Shown: positions 52,782 through 64,000 of the stretch, one piece after another
Layout of the letters: each line of letters begins with the position of its first letter
How positions within the stretch are numbered: position 1 is the stretch's first letter
Source of the DNA: Octopus vulgaris
Taxonomy: Eukaryota
DNA length: 64,000 nt
Direction: 5' to 3'
Assembly: GCA_951406725.2 (NCBI GenBank)
Contig: OX597826.1
Span: 37,696,001 to 37,760,000 of the forward strand
Notes under the pieces: model-generated
Databases searched by the model: none
Told to the model about the DNA's origin: nothing
The model's input: only the letters and a program-made list of their open reading frames with translations
Position numbers and translations under genes: made by a program

Positions 52782-53511
52782 CAGTGTGATTGAAAAGTAA
52801 CTCCCTATTTTAAAATACTTATAATTTATTTATTAACTATAATTTTTAGAAAAAAAGGAATATGTAAAGAAAGTGTATAGCATGGAATTTTATTTAAAAT
52901 TTGATATAGGCATCAGCATTCACCACCAGCTTCTGAAGCCGCCTGGGAACCATATCAACTGATTTCACCAGGAACTCTTGTGGAATGAAAGACATATCTT
53001 CTCGTATTCACCCTTCAAGTTCTTCTAAAGTCATTGGTTTGGTAGAGAAGACTTCCTCCTTTAACCAACCCCAAAGAAAACAGTCGCAGAGTGTTAAATC
53101 AGGACTTCTGGCCAGCCAGTCATGCGGACCTTGATGAATTGGAAGGACGACCACTTCGAGTATCAGTTACAAATCCTGTAGTCATGAATTTTGCATGGCA
53201 ATTCTTCATTATCTTTGCATCAACTTGAGCATGTCTTCCTCTAATGGTCCTCCACCATCTTTGCACTTGAAGAACTGATCTCCAAACTTCGTAACGTGCA
53301 GCTAGCTGGGCATGATCCTGCACAGTTAAGTTTCCAGCCATGTTTGTAGGGCTTCTAAATTTCAAACAAAATAATCAATCAGAAAAAAACAACAGCATGG
53401 AATCAATTCCCATACATTAAAGAACATACACAACAAATTTGAGAAAAACATTATAGTTAATAAATAAATTATAAGTATTTTAAAATAGGGAGTTACTTCC
53501 CAATCACCCTG
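52782..53511 (-). mobile_element. Tc1/mariner-superfamily DNA transposon, internally deleted (DD41D/rosa-like)
   Basis: ~65-bp TIRs CAGKGTGATTGRRAAGTAACTCCCTATTTTAAAATACTTATAATTTATTTATTAACTATAAT and TA TSD. N-terminal HTH (SVLQVQRWWRT..KFMTTGFVTDTRSGRPS) fused to C-terminal WLARSPDLTLCDCFLWGWLKEEVF. Confidence 0.92.
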
Positions 53512-53705
53512 TATATTAAACACACATACGCACACGTGAGACGTTGCATAACTATCTAGTTTATCACTATGAGAGGCTTCTGCGCAACAATTGCTTCGTA
53601 TGTGGAAATATTGTACATCATGAATATGAAACGTGAGTTGGTAGCCATGCGCCATTAAGATACTTTATATAAACCAGATACACAGAAGTATATATATGCA
53701 TGCAT

Positions 53706-53764
<59 letters not shown>

Positions 53765-53864
53765 CATGTATATATCGTGTATACATATGTATTTTGTCCA
53801 ACTTTAATTATATTTATACTTCCTTACATTTTGCTTATGTTTGGACATATATGTATATATATAC

Positions 53865-53948
<84 letters not shown>

Positions 53949-54090
53949 TCATAAACCTTCTTTTGGCGATTCACCAATAAATATATTGCACAAAAATATC
54001 ATGACTTACATATCAGAAATTAATTATTTAATCAGATATACTCACGACACTCTCAAAAGAGACAATGAGTAAGTCTCATCTAAACAATAT

Positions 54091-54159
<69 letters not shown>

Positions 54160-54247
54160 CACACAGACTTATGTTCTCACCTGTATACATATATATATAT
54201 ATATATATACATGCATATGTATATATCTATATATTTATATATGTATG

Positions 54248-54289
<42 letters not shown>

Positions 54290-54307
54290 ATATGTTATAT
54301 ATATATA

Positions 54308-54384
<77 letters not shown>

Positions 54385-54441
54385 TTGAATATCTAAGGGG
54401 AAACTTTAGGAAGAAAAATAGAAATCTATGTTTAATCATAC

Positions 54442-54527
<86 letters not shown>

Positions 54528-55001
54528 GCAGACAGACAGGCACAATATCAAAAGAAAACTATGAGAGGGTGATAAGCAGAGAATAAGTCATATAGCCACG
54601 CACACATACATGCATAGGTGCTTACGAGTGTATATTACCACATTCTAGTGAATGTATAACGTGCCCCTACCCGCTCTCCTCCATGATGGACGGTCTTCTG
54701 TGAAGCAGCCATTTATCTGGGTATGTCTGTATGTAGAGTGTGTGCGTTTAAACGCACCGACACGTATATATACTACTGTATATATATATGTGTGTGCTTG
54801 TGAGTGTTTGTTTGTGTGTATGTGTGTACGTGCGTATGCATGTTTGTGTATGCGTGTGTATGTGTGCGTGTGCGTGAGCGCGCGCACGTGTGTGTTTATT
54901 GTATTATTTCGCAAAGTCGGAAACGTGAGAGAGTGTTCTTCCTTATTGTTATTACGATTCACTGCCTTTTATTGGAATATCATCGAAAGTGACTGGATGT
55001 T

Positions 55002-55032
55002 GAAAGAGAGAAAGAGAGCGCGGGGAGAGAGA

Positions 55033-55073
<41 letters not shown>

Positions 55074-55873
55074 AGAAGAAGAAGAAGAAGAAGAAGAAGA
55101 AGAAGAAGAAAAATAAGGAGGATGGGGAGGGAGAGGAGGGGGAGGAGAAAAAGAAGAAGAAAAAGAAGAAGGAGGAGGAGGAGAAGAAGAAAAAGAAGAA
55201 GAAGAAGAAGAAGAAGGAGAAGAAGGAGAAGAAGGAGAAGAAGAAGAAGAAGAAGAAGAAGAAGAAAAATAAGGAGGATGGGGAGGGAGAGGAGGGGGAG
55301 GAGAAAAAGAAGAAGAAAAAGAAGGAGGAGGAGGAGAAGAAGAAGAAGAAGAAGAAGAAGGAGAAGGAGAAGAAGGAGAAGAGGAAGAAGAAAAAGAAGG
55401 ATGAGGAGGAAGAGGAGGGGGAGAAGAAGAAGGAGGAGGAGGAGGAGGAGGAGGAGGAGGAGGAGGAGGAGGAGAGAAGAAGAAGAAGAAGAAGAAGAAG
55501 AAGAAGGAGGAGGAGGAAGAGGAGGAGAAGAAGAAGAAGAAGAAGAAGAAGAAGGAGGAGGAGAAGAGGAAGGAGGAGGAAGAGGAGGAGGAGAAGAAGA
55601 AGAAGAAGAAGAAGAAGAAGAAGAAGAAGGAGGAGGAGGAGAAGAGGAAGGAGGAGGAAGAGGAGAAGAGGAAGGAGGAGGAAGAGGAGGAGGAGAAGAA
55701 GAAGAAGAAGAAGAAGAAGAAGGAGGAGGAGGAGAAGAGGAAGGAGGAGGAAGAGGAGAAGAAGAAGAAGAAGAAGAAGAAGAAGAAGAAGAAGAAGAAG
55801 AAGAAGAAGAAGAAGAAGAAGAAGAAGAAGAAGAAGAAGAAGAAGAAGAAGAAGAAGAAGAAGAAGAAAGAAA
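55002..55873. repeat. ~870 bp polypurine tract: (GA)n/(GAA)n/(GGA)n with higher-order duplications
   Basis: Almost only A/G on the plus strand; unit aaaataaggaggatggggagggagaggaggggg at ~55110 and ~55266. Confidence 0.95.
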
Positions 55874-56744
55874 GTTGAAGATGAAGACCTGACAGAGTGC
55901 TGGAAGTGCTTTGAATCGCACACACAGATACACGGAACCGAATATTTTGTAATCTCATTGAATAGATTTACATGATTTTGCTTAAAAAACTCAGCGTTGC
56001 AGTTTCAATTCCGTTTATCTTCTTCAAGTCCATGAAAAGACCTTCCATTCATGACCAATTCTTTCTCTTTTCAGGCTAGTATCTGTAGAACAAAAACATT
56101 GATCATATTTTCTTACATTTTTAAGATGATTAGAAAGGTGTGAGGTGAGGGATAATTGGCTGTTATTTCTAGTTAGTCGAGCAAACAAATCGAGCTTTTT
56201 CCTTGGTTTGCCCTTGGTTAGCCCTCGGTCAATCCTAAATCAATAGACGTCTGGCCAAAGGCATTCCAACCAAGACTCTCTCTTCCTTTGTTTTCAGACA
56301 TCTAGAACAGCATTAAGTAATTTGTCCTTCCTTCACTTTTTAAAACGCTGTTATTTCCAGCAGAGCCAAGGCCACTATTGTATGTATTCCCGCTGTAGCC
56401 ATATTCCTTCATTTTCATCACTATCGATCTTGGGAATGCCATGAACTCCACAACATCCACTCCATAACAACCACTCCATTAATACCCGTGAGCCTTTACT
56501 TTTCTATAAAGCCCATCACTGAGGCGGGGAGACTTCAACGAAATTGCTCGATCAGCTTGACATAGCAGTCAAAATCTATCTCAAATCAGAGACTATCATG
56601 ATGAAAATGAAACGATAGTGTTGCCATGGATATACTACATCTGAAAAGATGGAATGGTTGGGAATGGAAGGCCTTTTATCATAGGACTGCTGGCTGAGGT
56701 CTGACATGGGGGTTGAACAACAGCTGCCGTCATATCATATACAT

Positions 56745-57130
56745 GGAATCACTCCGTCGGTTACGACGACGAGGGTTCCGGTTGATCCGAATCAACAGAA
56801 CAGCCTGCTCGTGAAATTAATGTGTAAGTGGCTGAGCACTCCACAGACACGTGTACCCTTAACGTAGTTCTCGGGGATATTCAGCGTGACACAGAGAGTG
56901 ACAAGGCCAGCCCCTTGAAATACAGGTACAACAGAAACAGGAAGTAAGAGTGAGAGAATGTTGTGGTGAAAGAGTACAGCAGGGATCACCACCATCCCCT
57001 GCCGGAGCCTCGTGGAGCTTTAGGTGTTTTCGCTCAATAAACACTCACAACGCCCGGTCTGGGAATCGAAACCGCGATCCTATGACCGCGAGTCCGCTGC
57101 CCTAACCACTGGACCATTGCGCCTCCACTC
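56745..57130 (-). mobile_element. SINE family C, full length
   Basis: Highly similar to 47401-47788; TSD atcatatacat at 56734-56744 and 57131-57141. Confidence 0.9.
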
Positions 57131-59845
57131 ATCATATACATATGTGGCTCGTAAAATGTATCGAAATAATACACACTCACCTGTACAATATGTAGAAATA
57201 GTGTAGATTCGTCTGTAAATTATATCGGACTGGTATACAGTCACCCATATAGTAAGTAGGAAGAGTATGGATTCACTCGTACAGTAGAGACTCTCCCAAC
57301 AAACGTGTTTTGTCTTTTGTATTGCTTTCTTTTCAATTGTTTAGCGTTTCTTAATTTCGACCCAGCTGGAAAACCACCTTATCTGTAAATGTTTGATTAT
57401 ATAGATCACTTGAGTCTGTGACTTATTTTATCGTCTTCTATTTAACTACGCAGTTACCCTATTATATCAGGGGCGACGTGAAGGTAACAAACAACCGAAT
57501 TTTCAGATTCATTCTATTTTAAAGAATCTGTTGGTGATATCTTCCACAGAAAATGTCTATTTTTGATGTAAATATAATTTGCATGACTGTAATATGAAAA
57601 CATATTCATTTGGACTGAGAGCAAGCCACAAGAAATGTGCTATTCCTTTTATCCTATGGTCTATACCCAAATGTGCTATACCTTTTATCATATGGTCTAT
57701 AGATGATATGTTTTGGTGGGACGGTGGAATCATTAGGGCGTTGGTCAATGTGCTTTACAGTATCGGTCCCAGTCCATTACGTTCTGATTTTAAATCCTGC
57801 CAATATCAATTATTGTTTCATCTTTCCGGGGTCGATAAAATCAAGTACTGTTTCTGAGTGATTGTGGGGTGAAATGATTAGAGATATATTTTCCAATTTT
57901 TATGTTCTGAGTTTGCCAGCCCGTGTTGGTTGCTGCTTTACCATTGAATAGTATCAGTGACGTAAAGAGGGGAGACATACTGGTCAATTGGGAAATGAGT
58001 CCTTCAGGAAAATTTTGGCTGACTGGAAGTTTTTGAACCCTGACCAATGGAGGCTTTAAGCTTGGTTCTATCAAAGAATCTTTTTCGTCGAGCGTAATGA
58101 AGTGTTTTATGATGAGGGATCACGTGATTCGACTTAAGTGGGTTCGGGGGTATTACTTGCTCTATCATCAGTCCTCCACATTCATGAACAATAATCCGCA
58201 AGTATCGCCACTAATAAAGCCACTTTTAACACCTTTATCATGATCAACCTCAGAACGTGAACTAAGAAAGGGAGGTTCAAATTCGTCTTCCGACATGCAA
58301 GAGTGGACAACATAATGTCCCTCAGGCCATACTCTACCGTCGTCAAAATGAATGCACTGGATAATTTAGTCCTGGGTCGTCACGTACACGAAAAAGGCGG
58401 GATGGTCACAGTTGGTACACAGTCCAAGCTCACTAAATCCGTTGGCACGAATACCCCATCATAGCGCTAAAACCAACACCATACAACCACCACCATCACC
58501 ACCACCACAACAACAACAACAACTACTGCTACCACGTGACCAACACACAACTATTACTTCTACTAAATGACCACCACTACCCGTATACGACTACACTACC
58601 ACCACCCCACCACCGCAACTATTACCAACCACGCAACTACCACACCACCAGTACTATGCGACCAGCGCCACCACACGGTCATAACAACACTATTACATGG
58701 CCACACTACCACCTCAACATCAAATGCATTACCAACAATATCGCAATTATCAGCACATTATAGCACCACCTCCACCATCACCACCGCATCTCCGTCACTA
58801 CACCAACCACAACGCTACTGCACCACACCATGACAACATAACCACATCTATTACAGCCAATACTACAATTATCACCAAATTATACCAACAACAACATTAA
58901 GACACTCTTACATACAAACACCACCAAATCACTGCAACCAACTTACTACCATTCTCTCTCTCTCTCTCTCTCTCTCTTGATCTATTTCTGCCTCTCTCCG
59001 ACGCTCTCTTTAACTATTACTGTCTGTCCCTCGCTCTCTGCCCGCCAGTCTCTCGCTCTCTCTTTCTCTCTCTCTCTCTCTCTTCTATACTCCCTTTATC
59101 TATTATGCCTTTCTTTTCCATTCTCCCTGTTTCTGACTCTCTCTCATTATCACACTCTGTTTCCTTCCCTCTTTCTGTCTCACTTTCTTTATCTCTTCTT
59201 CTCTCTCCCTCTTTCTCCCTATCTCTTTCTACATCTCTCTCTTCCCCTCTCTCTCTGTATTAATCTGTCTCCACCTCTCTCCTACGCTCCCTTTAGCTAT
59301 TACTGTATTTCTTCTCCCTTCTCTGTGTCTTTGACTCTCTCCTACTTCTCGTTCTCTCTCCCTCTCTCTCACACTCACTCACACGTACACTCTCTCTCTC
59401 ACACTCCCTCCCTCTCGCTTTCTCTCTCTCTCGTTAATACCCAGCCACAGCTATGGAGAGCACCACCAAAGGAATCATTATCGCTGTTATGAAGACATTA
59501 AACAGATTAATACGTTTGATAAATATCTTTATAGATGTAGAGAGCCACATCAAACTAGACTACATTCACTGGTGAGTGGCAGCAAACATGCATTTTCTCT
59601 TTAGTTTAACACCTTGATGCTTCAATCTTCGCTGATGAGAAGAACATCAATATAGGCTGATCGATACAGTGCTGGCTTCATGTAGCGTATATTTATATAC
59701 GTATACATGTATAAGTATCTCTGTGTGCTCGAATATTAACATACATGTATATGTATGTACATATATATATATATTTATGTGTGTGTGTATAGATATATAT
59801 ATATACATATATTTATATGTGTGTCTATATATATATGTGTATATG

Positions 59846-59967
<122 letters not shown>

Positions 59968-60762
59968 GTTTATAGATGTGTGTACACACAAAAAAGGAAA
60001 AGAGAGAGAGAGAGAGAGAGACGATCATACCTAGTCTTACGTTCCCTGTGAGAACGCAACGTCGTTATTATAAATCATAATATTCCAGCAATTTAATGGA
60101 CAAAATTACGAAAACAAAACTATTCTCGATGGTTAGCCGTCTCCAGAAGTTCCAGCTAACTTTTGAACATCCTTATACAGAACCACCTCTTTGTTTTGTT
60201 TCATTATTTTTTTTCTTTCGTCATTGCGCCCAAAAGACTATTCTCGATGGTTAGCTGTCACACTCGGCGTGTTATTGCGTTCTACACTGTATACTCGTCT
60301 GGTACCATCCTGCCTATGGAGCAATTTTGTCATTTGCAACTTCTTATGGAACTGTATTCTTTTAAATAAATTCAGAAACTTCGTAAACCTGTCTCGTCGG
60401 ATAGGAATAATGTTGCATTAAACATAAGGGACCAACCTAAAGCCTATAGAAAGAGTTTAAGGGGAAATAAAGAGCAGTTTGTATGTAAATCTTAAGTATT
60501 ACAGGAAATAATCTTTTATTCCTTTCTTTTAATTTTTGTCTCATTTTTTTTTAGAACGTTGGATTCCGATGCCGTTAAGGTATATATAATAACGTGTGGA
60601 TATTGGATTTAAAATCCTTTAGATAGAAAAGGTCGAAGGCGAATTGTTGGACGCAAAACCAGATCTCCTGTAAATATAATAAGTGGCCATCGATTTTTTT
60701 AAAAACAAAGGCTATTTTTTTAACCTAATATTTACACTTTATTATTTATATTGTTTCTAAGC

Positions 60763-61155
60763 CAGGATCGTAAACACTCTGGACAAAATGCTTTGCGGCA
60801 TTTCGTCTGTCTTTACGTTTTAAGTTCAAATTTCACTGTGGTTTTAACTTGCCTTTCTTCTATTCGAAATCGATAAAATAAATTCCAATTGAACACTGGG
60901 ATCGACTTACACGCTCTCCAGAAATTGCTGGCCTTGTGCCAAAATTTGAAAGCATAATTATAGTTTATCTGAGGTTGCGAGCTGGCAGAATCGGCAGCAC
61001 GCTGGACAAAGTGCTTAGCCGCAATTCGTCAGTGGTCGACTTTGCCTTTCGTCCTGTCGAGGTCTATAACATAAGAACCAGTCAAACACTTAGATCGATG
61101 TAATCAACCAGCCCTCTTCTCTTTCAAAATGTCGGGCTTTCCACCTACAGTAGAA
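60763..61155 (+). mobile_element. Two tandem degenerate SINE family A copies
   Basis: Heads at ~60763 and ~60972, decayed Nin blocks, ggccttgtgcc-type tail in the first copy. Confidence 0.65.
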
Positions 61156-61882
61156 GTTTAAAGTTTATCTGCTTCGATATTCCGCGTTCCAAAGAAGAAA
61201 TACTTCATGTTCTCGCAAAGTCTAGAAATTCTTATGGCGTCAACAATAAGTATGACATTTATCTTCAAATCCATAATAAATCATTGAGAGAAAATAAAAG
61301 TCGCCTTACACAACTGAAATGGGAGCAAAGCTTCTTAGATAAGAGCCAGGCAGTAAAATCACAGAAAATAGAGGGCATTCGTTGATTGTTTGTTTGGATA
61401 ATGTGTAATACAATCCAGTCATCACTGTGTCACGCTGTGATTCAGTAATCGAACTGATGACATAATGATTGTGACCGCACCGCCCTAACCACAGCATAAA
61501 CGTATATGTTTTCTTCTTAGAACATGAACTCAAATTTGAAGATAGTACATATCAAACAAAGAAATTCAAAACCTGAAATCTAAATTTTAATAAATTTCAT
61601 CTTTAATACACGAATTTCCATTGAAATCGGAAATAAAAATTTTGTTTTTTTTCCTTGTTACATTAATATTGTTATTTTATTTTCTTTCTTTCCGAAAATT
61701 TGTAAATGGTTACTTTTACTGAATTACATCTCGAAGTTCGGATTAAATATATGTGATCCTATAATCTTATATCCCTCACTTGGATTATGGATTACGGATA
61801 CATTGCAATTTTATCAATTTGAAAATTAGAAAATATGTGTGCGCGAACGAGAGAGAGAGAGATAGTTTGAGAAGATAAGTTT

Positions 61883-61938
<56 letters not shown>

Positions 61939-62221
61939 GATTGTATGTATGTGTGTGTGCGTGCATATATATGTATACACACACACACATATATAACAGC
62001 AGTAAATGATTGAATATATATCAAAATGTGATATGAATGTGTGGGTCTTTGTATGTATACACACACACACATGCACAGATAGAAAGTGACTAGTAGATTT
62101 TATTTGTATCTCCAAGAAAAACAATTTATTACTTCAATAATATATTGTTATATACAATATGCACACACATATATAAATATGTATACTTACACTACTTACA
62201 GACACACACACACATATATGT

Positions 62222-62267
<46 letters not shown>

Positions 62268-62423
62268 GTATGTGTATATACATATATCTATATATATATA
62301 TATACATGCACACATTCTTACATTCACACATATATAATATATAGACATAATTATCTTATCTACTCTTCATACCTAAATGAAATGTTTGTGCTTATGTATG
62401 TATATACATGTATATAAATACAA

Positions 62424-62503
<80 letters not shown>

Positions 62504-62539
62504 ATATATATATACATATAACTATGCACACACACATAT

Positions 62540-62989
62540 CAGTAAAAAGTTATCTAATACAAGCTGGGTGGTAATCCAGTTTAGAGTAGTTTTCGAAGAT
62601 GGCGATCAAACTTGGAATTCCAGTTTCGAATGAAGGGTAATCCAACTTGTCAACGTGTCAATTGTCTCTGGACATTTGTATATACTCACCACTCCTCCCA
62701 ACACCACTCCTGGTCTCCCGTTTACCTTTCAACTCCGGATGCCCCACTAATCATTTCGAGGCTTCGACGCTTTTCTCAGCTCACTTTTTCTAACGCGCTT
62801 GTCGCCTGCTCTAGACTTCTATACATGTCTCCTCTGCTCACCCTTTTTCTTTTCCTCCATCATTCACGCTGCACTCAGAGTAACAGGTTTTGTTGAATTT
62901 TCTGCTGCTTTTAAATAAAGCATATTACTCTACCCCTGGTATTTGAGTACTCTTTTTTCCACCTTGTTTCACATTTATGTGTTTACTCC

Positions 62990-62992
<3 letters not shown>
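62540..62992 (+). mobile_element. Unclassified TA-embedded retroelement 3' end
   Basis: Bounded by microsatellites; AATAAA at ~62914; two segments shared with 1245-1337. Confidence 0.5.
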
Positions 62993-63033
<41 letters not shown>

Positions 63034-63154
63034 ATAACTAATAAAATAGAGTATAAAAATAGAGTATATATTTACATATATATATATATATATGTGTGTA
63101 TATATATATATGTGTGTATATATATATATGTGTGTATATATATATATGTGTATA

Positions 63155-63261
<107 letters not shown>

Positions 63262-63264
63262 ATA

Positions 63265-64000
63265 TATACTCTATTTTATTAGTTACTTGTTTCAGTCCAG
63301 TCATTAGACTGCGGCTTAAAGGGTTTTAGCCGGACAAAGCGACCTCTGGACTTATTCTTTGTAAGCCTAGAACTTATTTCATTGGTGTTTTTGGCCGAAC
63401 CGCTATGTTACTGGGACGTAAACACACCAACATCGGATCTGTTGTCAAGCGATGATGGGGGCACAAACAAAGACACGAATACACACACACATACACACAC
63501 ACATATATACATATATTATATATAAAATCCGTTCTGTCTGTCTGTCTGTGTGTCTTCTCAGATCTCGGGCACCCTCAATCCGATTGCACTCAAATTTGAT
63601 ATGTATATACCAACGGTATCTGGACGTGTATAGGTCTCGAAAAAATTACAAAAATCGATTCCAGGTGAGAATGCGATCGATAAAGCCGTGGGAACGTGTA
63701 TTAGTAAAATCGTTTTTCTTGGAATAGAAAAAAGTCTATCTTTATTTCTTCTTTTGCTGGTGTCTCAAACTTAGGTTAAATCAGTGTTTCTCAAAGGGGA
63801 AGCCTATGGGACTGTCGGATAAATTGTTTTGAGAAAATTTGGTTTAAATGTTTGACAACTCAGCACCGTCCATTGGGCGGGGGGCGTTTTGCTAGAATAT
63901 ATATATATATATATACGACGGTCTTCTGTTTCCGTCTACCAAATCCACTCACGAGACTTTGGTCGACCCGAGACTATAGTAGAAGACACTTACCTAAAAT
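63265..64000 (-). mobile_element. SINE family B split by the Helitron-like insert (runs off the window)
   Basis: 3' half ~63265-63475; 5' half from ~63915. Confidence 0.75.
63515..63895 (+). mobile_element. Non-autonomous Helitron-like element nested in a SINE B microsatellite
   Basis: 5' tatatataaaa..(ctgt)n..ccgattgcactcaaatttg; subterminal hairpin CCGTCC-att-GGGCGG (63866-63880); 3' CTAG at 63892-63895. Confidence 0.7.

Noticed and set aside
57626-57701. 36-bp tandem duplication (and a ~25-bp minisatellite at ~40616-40680) as CRISPR-like arrays
   Set aside because: Only 2-3 adjacent units, no unique spacers, no cas genes, eukaryotic context.

Overview
AT-rich, microsatellite-saturated eukaryotic DNA, intergenic or deep intronic. 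The repeat families look like those of a coleoid cephalopod, most likely Octopus; this is inferred from repeat content and not verified. No host protein-coding gene can be supported, and almost all ORF-track entries are microsatellite or low-complexity artefacts. All real coding signal is transposon-derived: a 5'-truncated Penelope-like element (PLE; RT + GIY-YIG, Neptune-type, 3367-6202, minus), two CR1-type LINE fragments, Tx1-type LINE 3' ends and an internally deleted Tc1/mariner element. Non-coding mobile DNA includes at least four tRNA-derived SINE families, a hAT MITE with an 8-bp TSD, a Helitron-like element and a (TAA)n-embedded LINE-like 3' end. Four observations stand out. (1) Five minimal hammerhead-ribozyme motifs sit in PLE-type ends, one with a non-canonical CUGUUGA core and two in TSD-flanked mini-elements. 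(2) A Nin-domain SINE shares its 3' tail (36/41 nt) with a Tx1-type LINE that lies in (GATA)n. (3) Tail-to-tail insertions in microsatellites recur and build long hairpins, including a 123-bp-arm foldback at 23597-23857. (4) Different retroelement families appear to partition among different microsatellite types.
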